Shown here: piece after piece, positions 17,199 to 27,518 of the stretch
Layout: each line of letters begins with the position of its first letter
Numbering within the stretch: position 1 is the first letter of the stretch
Source of the DNA: Anaerolineales bacterium
Lineage (GTDB): Bacteria > Chloroflexota > Anaerolineae > Anaerolineales > DRMV01
Direction of reading: 5' to 3'
Assembly (NCBI GenBank): GCA_026985785.1
Contig: JALSPT010000136.1
Location: 1 to 39,214 of the forward strand
Length of the DNA stretch: 39,214 bases
Position numbers and translations under genes: made by a program
Notes under the pieces: generated by a model
The model's input: only the letters and a program-made list of their open reading frames with translations
Databases searched by the model: none
What the model was told of the DNA's origin: nothing

Positions 17199-18785
17199 AT
17201 GCCCCACGAACTCAACCCTTTGGAAAAGCAACGCCTGGAAAAACTGGAGCGTCTGCGCGAGATGGGCATCGAGCCTTACCCCAACCGCGCCGAGCGCACC
17301 CATACTGCCGCCGAAGCCAAAGCGGCCTTAGAGGCTGCCGAGGCCGCAGGCGAGGCCGAAGCACCGCGCGTCACCGTGGCCGGGCGGCTGCGCGCCATAC
17401 GCCCGATGGGCAAGATCACCTTTGCCCATATCGAAGACGAAAGCGACCGCCTGCAACTGTTCTTCCAGGCCAACACGTTGGGCAAGGAACGCCTCAAGTT
17501 GTTCAACAAACTGTTCGACCTGGGCGATTTCGTGCAAGCCTCCGGCTACCTCTTCCGCACCCGCACGGGCGAGATCACCGTCCACGTGGAAGACTTCCGC
17601 ATGTTGGCCAAGGCCATCACCCCCCTGCCGCCGGCCAAGGACGAGGTGGTGGACGGCAAGGTCGTGCGCCACGCCGTGCTGGCCGACCCCGAAACCCGCT
17701 ACCGCCAGCGTTATGCCGACTTGGCGGTGAACCCCGAAGTGCGCGACATCTTCCGCACGCGTGCCAAAATCGTGCGCGCGCTGCGCGATTTCCTCGACGA
17801 GCGGGGTTTCCTGGAAGTAGAAACCCCCATCTTGCAGCCCATCTACGGTGGCGCGGCTGCCCGTCCCTTCGTCACTTACCACAACCAACTCAAGCAGCAA
17901 CTCTACCTCCGCATCTCCTTCGAACTTTACCTCAAGCGCCTGTTGGTTGGCATGTTCGAGAAAGTGTACGAAATCGGGCGCGATTTCCGCAACGAGGGTA
18001 TCTCTTTCAAGCACAACCCCGAATTCACCCAACTGGAATTTTACTGGGCGTATGCCGATTACCAAAAAGTAATGGCGTTGACCGAGGAGATGCTGGCTTA
18101 TGTGGCCGACCGCGTGCTGGGCACCCGCAAATTCACCTGGCAAGGACACGAAATCGACCTCAACCCACCCTGGCGACGGGTGGAACTGCGCCAGGGGCTG
18201 AAAGAAGCCACCGGCATCGACATCGCCGAGCACCCCGACGCCGCCAGCCTGGCTGCCGCCATGCAGGCCCAGGGCCTCCACCCCAAGCCGAACGCCTCAC
18301 GCGGCAAACTCATCGACCAGATGGTGGGCGACTATCTGGAACCGACCTTCATCCAGCCGACTTTCCTCTACGATTACCCGCGCGATATCTCGCCCCTGGC
18401 CAAGGCCAAGCCCGGCGACCCCAATACGGTGGAGCGCTTCGAGGGCTTCATCGGCGGGATGGAACTGTGCAACGCGTTCACCGAACTCAACGACCCCCTC
18501 GACCAGGAAGCCCGCTTTTTGGAGATGGGGCGCACTTACGCCGCCGACGACGAAGAACGCCATCCCATCGACGAGGACTATCTGCGCGCCATGCGCTATG
18601 GCATGCCGCCCAACGGTGGTTTTGGCATGGGCATCGACCGCCTGACCATGCTGTTTACTGACAAGCACAGCATTCGCGAAGTGATCCTCTTCCCCCATCT
18701 GCGCGAGCGCAGCGCAGATGGCAAGGCGGCCACCAACGGCTCAGAGGGCAAAGCATCCGCCCCGGAGGAAGGAGGCGAGGCATGA
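17199..18785 (+). CDS. lysS: Lysine--tRNA ligase (class II)
   Basis: ATG at 17199 (MPHELNPLEKQRLEKL). Contains RDFRNEGISFKHNPEFTQLEFYWAY, GGFGMGIDRL, and an Ala/Gly/Glu-rich C-terminal tail. Confidence 0.95.
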   Translation: MPHELNPLEKQRLEKLERLREMGIEPYPNRAERTHTAAEAKAALEAAEAAGEAEAPRVTVAGRLRAIRPMGKITFAHIEDESDRLQLFFQANTLGKERLKLFNKLFDLGDFVQASGYLFRTRTGEITVHVEDFRMLAKAITPLPPAKDEVVDGKVVRHAVLADPETRYRQRYADLAVNPEVRDIFRTRAKIVRALRDFLDERGFLEVETPILQPIYGGAAARPFVTYHNQLKQQLYLRISFELYLKRLLVGMFEKVYEIGRDFRNEGISFKHNPEFTQLEFYWAYADYQKVMALTEEMLAYVADRVLGTRKFTWQGHEIDLNPPWRRVELRQGLKEATGIDIAEHPDAASLAAAMQAQGLHPKPNASRGKLIDQMVGDYLEPTFIQPTFLYDYPRDISPLAKAKPGDPNTVERFEGFIGGMELCNAFTELNDPLDQEARFLEMGRTYAADDEERHPIDEDYLRAMRYGMPPNGGFGMGIDRLTMLFTDKHSIREVILFPHLRERSADGKAATNGSEGKASAPEEGGEA

Positions 18786-19090
18786 CGCCGCCTGCGGGGC
18801 ATGAAACCATTTGGCACGATATTGGCGTGGTGCTCAACGACTTACCGCCCGATGCCCGTCACCGCTATCGCGAGGCCGTTCGGCAATGGGTCCACGACCT
18901 GGGGCATCACGTCGGCCTGATCACCACCAGCGTGGGCCTGCTCCGGCAAGAGAGCCAGGCCAACCCTCAGGCGGCGGTGGACGAGGAATTGTTGAGCATC
19001 ATCGAGGAAGCAGGGCGCGCTTTGCGGGAATTGCTCGCCCAACTGCGGCAACTCCCCGACACGATCGACGACCCACTCGCCAACGGATGA
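18782..19090 (+). CDS. Small stand-alone histidine-kinase DHp (HisKA-like) domain protein
   Basis: ATGA overlap with the lysS stop. 102 aa. H-box-like WVHDLGHHVGLITTSVGLL followed by a second helix EELLSIIEEAGRALRELLAQL. No ATPase domain. Confidence 0.5.
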   Translation: MTPPAGHETIWHDIGVVLNDLPPDARHRYREAVRQWVHDLGHHVGLITTSVGLLRQESQANPQAAVDEELLSIIEEAGRALRELLAQLRQLPDTIDDPLANG

Positions 19091-19107
19091 GAAATCTATT
19101 AGACCTA

Positions 19108-19137
19108 CGAAAACCGTGCCCTCCGGGTGCGGTTTCG
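19108..19137 (+). terminator. Stable hairpin after the DHp gene (possible terminator/attenuator, no T-tract)
   Basis: CGAAAACCGTGCCC, loop TCC, then GGGTGCGGTTTCG. About 13 bp including two G-U pairs and one bulge. Followed by TGCTATCATACC rather than a U-run. Confidence 0.3.
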
Positions 19138-19262
19138 TGCTATCATACCAAGCAAGGGGGCGCCGGAGAAGCCAGGCTTGCCCGAGAAGTGCCACAGGCA
19201 AGGCCATCCCATGGCGTGAAGGCGAGTTCCTTGCAATCCAGAACCTTTTTGAGGTCACAACC

Positions 19263-20945
19263 ATGACCACAACCACTCGTGAGCGTATTTTGGTGGTAGA
19301 ACCCGATCCTGAAATTGCCGACCTGGTGGCGCGCCAAAGCCTGCAGCCGTTGCACTATCGCGTCAAGGTGGTGGGAAAGGCCGTTGCTGCCCTTCAGGAA
19401 AGCGCGTCCTTCGCCCCCCATCTCATCATCACTGACCTGCGCTTACCCGACCTGAGCGGCAAAGACCTGCTGGCGGCCTTGCAATCGCAAGGAGGAGCAG
19501 ACACGCCGCCGATCATCGTGATCGCCGACGCGAGCGAAGAACACGACATCATCCAGGCTTTTCGCCTGGGGGCGGCGGATTTCCTCCTCTGGCCGATGCA
19601 CGACACCGAAGTGGTGTCTGCCGTCGAGCGGGTACTCAAGCAAGTGCGCGAGCGGCGCTCCAAGTGGCAACTCTCACAACAACTTCGGAAAGCCAACCAG
19701 GAACTACAAAGGCGCGTGCGCGAACTGACGACCCTCTTCGACCTGGCCAAAATGATGGCCTCGGTCACCGAGCAACAGGTACTTTTCCGTCGCTTGGTAG
19801 AGGGCGCACTGCGCCTCACCGAAGCAGACCGAGGGTGGATGTTCCTCCGGCAGGGCAACAGCAAGCGATTGGCGCTGGTGGCGCAGCAAGGGCTACCGCG
19901 CAGCCTCGCGGCACGTGTGGGGCAACCGTGGGACGACGGATTGAGCAGCCTGGTCATGCTCTCCGGCGAACCGCTGAGCATCTACGGCGAGCCTTTGCGC
20001 CGCTTCAAAGTCTACCAACTTGGCCAATCGGCGCTGGTGATGCCGGTCAAGGTCAAAAAAGAGGTGATTGCCGTTTTAGTGGTCATGCGCCAGGAGCCGA
20101 TTCCCTTCTCCAGCGATGAACAGGCGCTGCTGGCGGCTATGGCCGATTACGCCTCCATTGCTCTGGCCAATGTCCGCCTCTTTCAGGCACTCAAAGAACG
20201 CGCCCAAACCATGCAGCGCACGGCCAAGGCTGCTCGCGAGGGCGAAACCCTCAAAAATGAATTGCTGCAGAATGTGAGCCATGAACTCCGCACATCCTTG
20301 GAGAGCGCCCAAAACGAGGTAAGGATGTTGCTGGAAGGCCGGATGGGGTCTCTGACGCCAGAACAGCGACAAACCTTGGAGACCGTGCAGCAAACACTGA
20401 CGGCCATCGGGAATGTGGTGACCTCGATGACAGCGCTGCAAAGCGTTTCCCTCGCGCCTTCACACTGGGCAAAGGTCAACCTGGCCGACCTGGCTCAATT
20501 GGCCGTAGCCCGCCACAAAAGCCGGGCACAGAAACGAGGCATCCAGTTGGAAGCCCCAGCGGCCTCCAAACGCATCGAGGTCCTGGGCGACCCTAACCAG
20601 TTGAAGCTTGTGTTCGAGCACCTGATAGATAACGCCCTGAAGTTCACGGCCACAGGGGGGCAGGTAAACGTGCGTTTGGATACCCAAGATGGCGCAGCCC
20701 ACGTGGCCGTGCAGGACACCGGCATCGGTATTGCACAGGAACATCTGCCGCACGTTTTCGAACGCTTTTACCAAGCCGAGGGCACGACCGCCCGCCGTCA
20801 TGGTGGGCTGGGACTGGGGCTCTCGGTCGTCAAAGAAATCATTGCTGCCCATAATGGCCGCATTTGGATCGACAGCCGTCCCCAGGAAGGCACTACTGTG
20901 CATTTTACCCTTCCGCTGGCCAGGCAACAAAAGAAAGGTGGCTGA
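19263..20945 (+). CDS. Hybrid sensor histidine kinase: atypical REC-GAF-HisKA-HATPase_c
   Basis: ATG at 19263. REC-like N-terminus (ILVVEPDPE, IITDLRLPDLSG, FLLWP in place of FLxKP). GAF region. H-box SHELRTSL. N/G boxes DNALKFT, QDTGIGI, GGLGLGLS. Confidence 0.85.
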   Translation: MTTTTRERILVVEPDPEIADLVARQSLQPLHYRVKVVGKAVAALQESASFAPHLIITDLRLPDLSGKDLLAALQSQGGADTPPIIVIADASEEHDIIQAFRLGAADFLLWPMHDTEVVSAVERVLKQVRERRSKWQLSQQLRKANQELQRRVRELTTLFDLAKMMASVTEQQVLFRRLVEGALRLTEADRGWMFLRQGNSKRLALVAQQGLPRSLAARVGQPWDDGLSSLVMLSGEPLSIYGEPLRRFKVYQLGQSALVMPVKVKKEVIAVLVVMRQEPIPFSSDEQALLAAMADYASIALANVRLFQALKERAQTMQRTAKAAREGETLKNELLQNVSHELRTSLESAQNEVRMLLEGRMGSLTPEQRQTLETVQQTLTAIGNVVTSMTALQSVSLAPSHWAKVNLADLAQLAVARHKSRAQKRGIQLEAPAASKRIEVLGDPNQLKLVFEHLIDNALKFTATGGQVNVRLDTQDGAAHVAVQDTGIGIAQEHLPHVFERFYQAEGTTARRHGGLGLGLSVVKEIIAAHNGRIWIDSRPQEGTTVHFTLPLARQQKKGG

Positions 20946-20946
20946 C

Positions 20947-22917
20947 ATGCCTATCGCCAAGGTTCTTCTGCTGGTAGCCCATGCACCGACGCGCCACGAG
21001 TTAGAGCACGCCTTGCAAGCGGCAAAATTCGAAGTCGTACAGCCACCGGAGGGGATCTGGCAAGCCCAGGGCACCTCTTCGGTTTTATCCGCCGAGGGAA
21101 TCGACCTGATCATCGCCGATCCGACCGGGCTCGCTACCCCTACCGTGGCAGCGTTGTTGGAAAAAGCACCCTACCTCCCCGTTGTGCTCTTTGCAACCCG
21201 CGTCGGCACCGAAACGTTGATGCAGGCCGTACGCCATAGCGTGGTGGAGGTTTTGACGCCGCCCGTGCGCTACGAGAACCTGAGAGAGGTTCTGCGGCGG
21301 GCGCTTGCCCGGCAGGAAGTGATCCGGCGATGGGTGTTGTTGGAGGCCCGGCGGCACACCCAGGAACTGCGCCTTCATTTGGATGAACTCCAAACCCTGC
21401 TGCGCGTCGGGCGAGCATTGACCTCCGAACTGGATCTCGATACCGTACTCGGCACGGTAGTCCACGCGGCGGTAGAGTTAACCGGGGCAGAGGAAAGCAC
21501 CCTGCTGTTGCTGGACGAAGCGTCGGGAGAGTTGTTCCTCCGGGCCTCGTACGACTTCAAAAATGGCATCAACACCCTGCGGCTTAAAGTAGAGGACACG
21601 CTGGCTGGGAGCGTCGTGCGCAGCGGCCAGGCGGTGGTACTCGACCAGGACACCCCGGAGAAAATCAAAACCTCGTATCTGGTGCAATCGCTGATCTACG
21701 TACCCCTCTACATCCACGGCCACATCATCGGCGTGTTGGGCGTCGACAATCGAGAACAGCGGGCGCATTTTACCCAGCGCGATGTAGCCCGCCTCACCGC
21801 CCTGGCCGAATACGCTGCGGTTGCCCTGGACAACGCGCAACTCTTTGCCGCAGTCAACGCCGAACGCCGTAAACTGGAGACGGTGCTGCAAAACATCAAA
21901 GAGGGCGTGCTGGTGTTGAATGCCCACGGCGAAACCGTGCTGGTCAACAACACCGCCCGCATGGTGTTGGAAGCCCCCGCCGACCGCCAACTCATTGGGC
22001 GCAACCTGGTGGAGATTTGCCGGAACGCAGAAGTGGAAGAAGGAGCCCAACAAGCGTTGAACGGCGCGGAATACCACACGGAAATCACCCTGTCTGACGG
22101 GCGGGTGTTCAGCATGGAAGCCGTGCCCATCCCCAACGTGGGCGTAGCCCTGACGTTTTATGACATCACCCACTTCAAAGAACTCGACCGCATCAAAAGC
22201 GAATTCGTCAGCGCGGTTTCCCATGACCTGCGCTCTCCTCTGACGGCCATCCTGGGTTACGTCGACCTGCTTTCCCGCGCCGGCCCTTTGAACCCGATGC
22301 AAAACCACTTCATCGAACGGGTGCGCCTCAACGTCGAAAACATCACCAACCTCATCAACGACCTGTTGGACCTGGGGCGCATCGAAGCCGGTTTCGACGC
22401 CGAGAAAACGCCGCTGGACATCAGCACGATTCTGCGGTATGCCATCGACGGATGGCAGCCGCGCGCGCAGGAAAAGCGCCAGCAACTGGTGTTGCACCTC
22501 GCCGACAACCTGCCGCTCATCCTGGGGCACGCCGTTCGCCTGCGCCAAATGCTGGACAATTTGATCGGCAACGCCGTGAAGTACACCCCCGAAGGCGGCC
22601 TGATCGAAGTCATCGCCGAGAGTCGCGGAGACCAAGTCATCATCCGCGTGCGCGACAACGGCCCCGGCATTCCCCCTTCCGAACAGCCGTATATTTTCAA
22701 CAAATTCTTCCGCGGCAGCAACGTTGCCTCCGAGCAAAGCGGCACCGGCTTGGGCTTGGCGATCGTCAAATCCATCGTGGAAAATCACCATGGCCGCATC
22801 TGGGTGGATTCCGAAGTCGGCAAAGGCACCACGTTTACCGTGGTATTGCCGGGCCTGGAAGAGGGCAGCGCGGGCGCGATCAGGCATGAAGAAGACACAA
22901 AAGAGAGGGAACCATGA
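20947..22917 (+). CDS. Sensor histidine kinase: pseudo-receiver-GAF-PAS-HisKA-HATPase_c
   Basis: ATG at 20947, 1 nt after the upstream stop. Degenerate REC ([20 protein letters not shown]). GAF, then PAS ([16 protein letters not shown]). H-box [30 protein letters not shown]. Confidence 0.85.
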   Translation: MPIAKVLLLVAHAPTRHELEHALQAAKFEVVQPPEGIWQAQGTSSVLSAEGIDLIIADPTGLATPTVAALLEKAPYLPVVLFATRVGTETLMQAVRHSVVEVLTPPVRYENLREVLRRALARQEVIRRWVLLEARRHTQELRLHLDELQTLLRVGRALTSELDLDTVLGTVVHAAVELTGAEESTLLLLDEASGELFLRASYDFKNGINTLRLKVEDTLAGSVVRSGQAVVLDQDTPEKIKTSYLVQSLIYVPLYIHGHIIGVLGVDNREQRAHFTQRDVARLTALAEYAAVALDNAQLFAAVNAERRKLETVLQNIKEGVLVLNAHGETVLVNNTARMVLEAPADRQLIGRNLVEICRNAEVEEGAQQALNGAEYHTEITLSDGRVFSMEAVPIPNVGVALTFYDITHFKELDRIKSEFVSAVSHDLRSPLTAILGYVDLLSRAGPLNPMQNHFIERVRLNVENITNLINDLLDLGRIEAGFDAEKTPLDISTILRYAIDGWQPRAQEKRQQLVLHLADNLPLILGHAVRLRQMLDNLIGNAVKYTPEGGLIEVIAESRGDQVIIRVRDNGPGIPPSEQPYIFNKFFRGSNVASEQSGTGLGLAIVKSIVENHHGRIWVDSEVGKGTTFTVVLPGLEEGSAGAIRHEEDTKEREP

Positions 22918-23690
22918 CGACAACGGACTTACACGGTCAGGTAGCCGTGGTTACAGGGGCTTCGCGCGGGATTGGCCGCGCGATCGCCGAAGCACTGGCA
23001 GCAGCAGGGGCTGCCGTGGTGGTTTCCAGCCGCAAACAGGGCGCCGTGGAGGCCGTGGCCGAGGCCATCCGCGAGCGAGGTGGTCGGGCGCTGGCCGTGG
23101 CCGCCCACACCGGCGACGGCGAAGCAATCGCCCGGCTGATTGGGCGCGCCGTGGAGGTCTTTGGCGGGGTGGACATCCTGGTAAACAACGCCGCCACCAA
23201 TCCCCACTTCGGGCCGCTGTTGACTGCCGAAGAAAGCCACTGGGCCAAGATCCTGGACGTCAACGTGGTGGGCTATTTCCGCACGGCAAAGGCAGCAGTG
23301 CCGCACATGCAGGCGCGGGGCGGTGGCAAAATCATCAACATCGCTTCCATCGCCGGGCTGACGCCGTTGGCAGGGATGGGGATTTACAGCGCCAGCAAGG
23401 CTGCCGTCATCATGCTGACCCGCGCCCTGGCCCTCGAACTGGCCGGCGCCAACATCCAGGTGAACGCCGTGGCGCCGGGCCTGGTCAAAACGCGCTTCAG
23501 CCAGGCGCTGTGGGACAATCCCGCACTCAACGAAAAAGTGCTGGCCAGCATTCCCCAGGGGCGGATGGCCGCCCCCGAGGAAATTGCCGCCGCGGTGCGC
23601 TTCCTGGTATCGCCCGAAGCGCGTTTCATCACCGGCGAAGTGCTGGTGATGGACGGCGGCCAGCGTTGGCGGGCAGGCTGGTTGGATTGA
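22914..23690 (+). CDS. SDR family oxidoreductase (FabG-like)
   Basis: ATGA overlap with the kinase stop. [20 protein letters not shown]. Confidence 0.85.
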   Translation: MTTTDLHGQVAVVTGASRGIGRAIAEALAAAGAAVVVSSRKQGAVEAVAEAIRERGGRALAVAAHTGDGEAIARLIGRAVEVFGGVDILVNNAATNPHFGPLLTAEESHWAKILDVNVVGYFRTAKAAVPHMQARGGGKIINIASIAGLTPLAGMGIYSASKAAVIMLTRALALELAGANIQVNAVAPGLVKTRFSQALWDNPALNEKVLASIPQGRMAAPEEIAAAVRFLVSPEARFITGEVLVMDGGQRWRAGWLD

Positions 23691-23818
23691 GCCTTCCGGC
23701 AAAAAGGCTATCGTGTGGTAGGATGACAGGCGTCGGGAGGCGGACACCGAGAGGGGCCTGATGCCATCGGCGGGGCAAATGCGATATAATCCGGGGGTAC
23801 TTCTTTCGAGGAGCGATC

Positions 23819-24877
23819 ATGACCAGCCTGCTGACGTTCATCGCCGCCCTGGCGATGATGATCTTGCTGCACGAATTCGGCCATTTCGTGGCCGCGCGCC
23901 TGTTGGGGATTCCCATCGAGGAATTTGGGATCGGGTTTCCCCCTCGCTTGCTAACCTTGTTCACGGCTGGAGGCACCCGCTATACCCTCAACGCCATCCC
24001 CTTGGGGGGCTTTGTGCGCCCCAAAGTGCTCAAAGGCGGGGCTGAAGGGGAAGACGTCGTCGACGCCCTCACGGTTGCGCCGCCTTACAAACAACTGCTG
24101 GTTGCCGTAGCCGGCCCGTTGATGAACATCCTCATCGGTGTGGTGCTCTACGTTTTGATCTTTGCCCATCAGGGCATCCCCCAGATGGACAAGATCGTGA
24201 TTGTAGAAGTTGCTCCCCATGGGCCGGCGGCGCAGGCGGGCATCCGCCCCGGCGACCTAGTGATTGCCGCCAATGGCCAGGCAGTGACGAACCCCACGGA
24301 TCTGCACAACGTCATCTACAGGCATCTGGGCGAACCCATCACCCTGACCGTAGAGCGGCAAGGCGAGCAGTTGACCTTTACGCTCATCCCCCGCAACCCG
24401 CCGCCGCCCGACGGCGCCATTGGCATCGCCATGAGCCACCCCCTGAGACCGGCTACTTTGCCTAAGGCCGCTTTTTGGGGTGTGCGGGCGACCTTCGACG
24501 ACATCCGGCGCATTGCCCTTCTACCGGTGACGCTGTTGCGCCAGCACGAGACCAATGCCCGCCTGTTGGGCTACAAAGGCATGTACCAGGTTTACCGCCA
24601 ATTTCGCGCCGCCGACATCCAGGCCGCCCGTCAGCAACCTCAGGATGCTTTTCCGGTCAACACCCTCGTGTTCTTCATCATGGTCACGCTTTCCTTGGGG
24701 GTTTTCAATTTGCTGCCCCTACCGGCATTGGACGGCGGGCGCATGGTGATCTCACTGGCCGAGATGCTGGCGCGGCGGCGAATACCGGTCAAAGTGGTCA
24801 ACGCCATCAACTTTGTAGGTTTCGTGGCGCTTTTGGCGCTCTTGGTACTCATCAATTTACGAGAATGGTTACCGTAA
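23819..24877 (+). CDS. rseP: RIP metalloprotease RseP (site-2 protease, M50, single PDZ)
   Basis: HEFGH zinc motif, a PDZ segment (GIRPGDLVIAANGQ), NLLPLPALDGG. SD GAGGAG upstream, with TATAAT at 23785-23790. Confidence 0.9.
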   Translation: MTSLLTFIAALAMMILLHEFGHFVAARLLGIPIEEFGIGFPPRLLTLFTAGGTRYTLNAIPLGGFVRPKVLKGGAEGEDVVDALTVAPPYKQLLVAVAGPLMNILIGVVLYVLIFAHQGIPQMDKIVIVEVAPHGPAAQAGIRPGDLVIAANGQAVTNPTDLHNVIYRHLGEPITLTVERQGEQLTFTLIPRNPPPPDGAIGIAMSHPLRPATLPKAAFWGVRATFDDIRRIALLPVTLLRQHETNARLLGYKGMYQVYRQFRAADIQAARQQPQDAFPVNTLVFFIMVTLSLGVFNLLPLPALDGGRMVISLAEMLARRRIPVKVVNAINFVGFVALLALLVLINLREWLP

Positions 24878-24897
24878 ATTCGCACAGTTTGGGGAGA

Positions 24898-27417
24898 ATG
24901 CCCATGCTCGACACCCACGGCAAATTCTACCTCGGCAACATCTACGACCTGGAGGCTGGCAAACTCACCGACCAGCCGGTGCTCTACGACCCCGACGACC
25001 TGACCACCCACGCTTTCGTGGTCGGCATGACCGGCAGCGGCAAGACGGGGTTGTGCATCGACCTGCTGGAAGAGGCGGCCTTGCAGGGCATTCCGGCGTT
25101 GATGATCGACCCCAAGGGCGACATCACCAACGCCCTGCTGCACTTCCCCGACCTGCGCCCGGAGGACTTCGCGCCGTGGATCAACCCCGACGAAGCCCGC
25201 CGGGAAGGCAAAAGCGTGGCCGAGGTGGCCGCCACCACCGCCGATCTGTGGCGCAACGGCCTGGCCAAATGGGGCATCAGCCCCGACCGCATCCGCGCCC
25301 TCACCGAATCCGCCCATTTCGCCATCTACACCCCCGGCTCCGATGCCGGCATCCCGATTTCCATCCTTGCTTCCCTCAAAGCCCCCGACATCCCCTGGGA
25401 AGGCAACCGCGAAATCCTGCTGGAGAAAATCCAGGGCACCGTGACCGCGCTGCTCGGCCTGGTGGGCATGGACGACGTCGACCCGGTGCGCTCGCGCGAG
25501 CACATCCTGCTGAGCAACATCTTCCAGCACGCCTGGCAGCAGGGCAAAGACCTGACTTTGGCCGAACTGATTTTGCAAACCCAAAACCCGCCCTTCGACA
25601 AACTCGGCGTGTTCGACCTGGAAACCTTCTTCCCCGCCGACGAGCGCGCCGAACTCGCCATGCTGCTCAACAACATCCTCGCCGCGCCCACCTTCCAGAC
25701 CTGGCTCAGCGGCGTGCCGCTGGACATCCCCAGCCTGCTCTACGCGCCCGACGGCAAGCCGCGCCACAGCGTGTTCTACCTCGCCCACCTCAGCGACCAG
25801 GAGCGGATGTTCTTCGTCACCCTGCTGTTCGCGGCGGTGGAAACCTGGATGCGCACCCAGCCCGGCTCCGACGCCCTGCGCGCCATCCTCTACTTCGACG
25901 AAATCTACGGCTACCTGCCGCCCACGGCCAATCCGCCGTCCAAGCAGCCCATGCTGCGGATGCTCAAGCAGGCGCGTGCCTTTGGCCTCGGCCTGGTGCT
26001 GGTCACCCAAAACCCGGTGGATGTGGACTACAAGGCGCTTTCCAACATGGGCACCTGGGCAATCGGCAAACTGCAAACCGACCGCGACAAACAGCGCCTG
26101 CTCGACGGCCTGCAGGGGGCTTCCCCCGGCGTCGACCGGCAGACCTACGACCGGCTGATTTCCAGCCTGCGGAAGCGGGTCTTCTTGCTGCACAATGTGC
26201 ACGAAAAAGAGCCGGTGGTGTTCCACACCCGCTGGGCGATGAACTACCTGCCCGGCCCACTGACGCGGGCGCAAATTCCCGCGCTCAACCGGCTGGCCGG
26301 CGCGGAAGCCGCCCTCGCGCAGGAAGCCAGTCCTGCAACGCCCACCGCGCCTACCGCCGCGCCTGCCGCTGCCCAACAGCCCAGCGCACCCCAACCTGCG
26401 GCGGCTTCCCCCGACCTGGGCACCACTACCCGCCCCGCCGTGCCGCGCGGCGTGGCCGAATACTTTTTGCCCCAAAACCTCACCCTTTCGGAAGCCATCC
26501 AGGCCAGTGGGCGCAGCCTGCCGCCGGAGGCCAAAGTGGCCGGCACCTGCTACCGCCCGGTGTTGCTGGCGCAAGCCAATGTACGGCTTACCCAGCGCAA
26601 ATACCGCCTGAACAGCGAAATCGCCCGCACCGCCCTGGTGGACGAAGTCGACCGCAACGGCTTCGTGCGCTGGGAGGACTTCCTCACCGAGCGCCCGGTG
26701 GACGAGCGCGCCTTCGACCGCGCCCCGCTGCCTGAGGCCCGCTTCCTGCCGCTGGAAGCCCCCCTCAACGACGCCAAAACCCTCAAAGCCCTGAAGCGCG
26801 ATTTCGCCGACTTCGTCTATCGGGAAACCGAAGTCACCATCCGCGCCCACGAGGCGCTCAAGGTGTATGCCGGGCCGGAGGTTTCCCAGGCGGAATTCCG
26901 GCGCATGTGCAGCGAAGCGGCGCGCGAAAAGATGGAGGCCGAACTGGAGAAAGTTGCCGCCAAATTCGACCGCAAAATTGAACGGTTGCAGGAGCGCCTG
27001 GCGCGTGAGGAGCGCGAACTGGCCGAGGACGAGGAAGAATATCAGCAGCGCAAGATGGAAGAACTCGGCACCCACGCCGAAAACGTCCTCAGCCTGTTCA
27101 TGGGGCGGCGTCGGCGGCTCACTTCCTCATTGACCAAGCACCGCCTCACCGAAAAGGCCAAGGCCGACATCGAAGAATCCAAGGCCGCCATCGCCGACTA
27201 CAAGCAGCAAATTGCCGACCTGGAGAAAGAAAAAGCGGAAGCCTTGGAAGACGTGCGCCGCAAGTGGGCGGACATCGTGGAGGAAGTAGAAGAAATTCCG
27301 GTGCGGCCTTACAAGAAAGACGTCGCGGTGGAACTGTTTGGCATCGCGTGGCTGCCGTGCTATGTGGTGACCACCACCGAGGGCGAACAGGAAGAAATCC
27401 CGGCTTTTGCACCTTGA
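24898..27417 (+). CDS. HerA/FtsK-superfamily (DUF87/DUF853-like) P-loop ATPase with long coiled-coil C-terminal region
   Basis: ATG at 24898 (or 24904) after GGGGAGA. Walker A GMTGSGKTG, MIDPKGD, Walker B-like ILYFDEIYGY, VTQNPVDVDYKALSN. The C-terminal ~300 aa is rich in E/K/R heptad-like sequence. The upstream ORF extension overlaps rseP and is rejected. Confidence 0.7.
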   Translation: MPMLDTHGKFYLGNIYDLEAGKLTDQPVLYDPDDLTTHAFVVGMTGSGKTGLCIDLLEEAALQGIPALMIDPKGDITNALLHFPDLRPEDFAPWINPDEARREGKSVAEVAATTADLWRNGLAKWGISPDRIRALTESAHFAIYTPGSDAGIPISILASLKAPDIPWEGNREILLEKIQGTVTALLGLVGMDDVDPVRSREHILLSNIFQHAWQQGKDLTLAELILQTQNPPFDKLGVFDLETFFPADERAELAMLLNNILAAPTFQTWLSGVPLDIPSLLYAPDGKPRHSVFYLAHLSDQERMFFVTLLFAAVETWMRTQPGSDALRAILYFDEIYGYLPPTANPPSKQPMLRMLKQARAFGLGLVLVTQNPVDVDYKALSNMGTWAIGKLQTDRDKQRLLDGLQGASPGVDRQTYDRLISSLRKRVFLLHNVHEKEPVVFHTRWAMNYLPGPLTRAQIPALNRLAGAEAALAQEASPATPTAPTAAPAAAQQPSAPQPAAASPDLGTTTRPAVPRGVAEYFLPQNLTLSEAIQASGRSLPPEAKVAGTCYRPVLLAQANVRLTQRKYRLNSEIARTALVDEVDRNGFVRWEDFLTERPVDERAFDRAPLPEARFLPLEAPLNDAKTLKALKRDFADFVYRETEVTIRAHEALKVYAGPEVSQAEFRRMCSEAAREKMEAELEKVAAKFDRKIERLQERLAREERELAEDEEEYQQRKMEELGTHAENVLSLFMGRRRRLTSSLTKHRLTEKAKADIEESKAAIADYKQQIADLEKEKAEALEDVRRKWADIVEEVEEIPVRPYKKDVAVELFGIAWLPCYVVTTTEGEQEEIPAFAP

Positions 27418-27518
27418 GTCTTCCGTAAAAACGAAACGCCCTTGCAAGGGGCGCCTCGCCATTTTTATCCTGCCGTCTTCCTTGTCCTCCACGCCATGCT
27501 TGGCAAAGAGAGCCACAG

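Noticed and set aside
19116-19262. N-terminal extensions offered by the ORF track: 19116 for kinase 1, 20689 for kinase 2, 24475 for the ATPase, 8653 for the phosphoesterase, 8946 for cdd, 39180 for SIMPL, 28804 for ino1, 17106 for lysS.
   Set aside because: The extensions are R/G/P-rich, overlap upstream genes or terminator hairpins, and lack SD sequences. Internal ATGs coincide with SD motifs and with the expected family N-termini.
24640-27075. 811-aa ORF antisense to the HerA-like ATPase gene.
   Set aside because: It has a low-complexity G/R/A/V composition, no start-site signals and no motifs. The sense frame carries Walker motifs and a coherent domain order.
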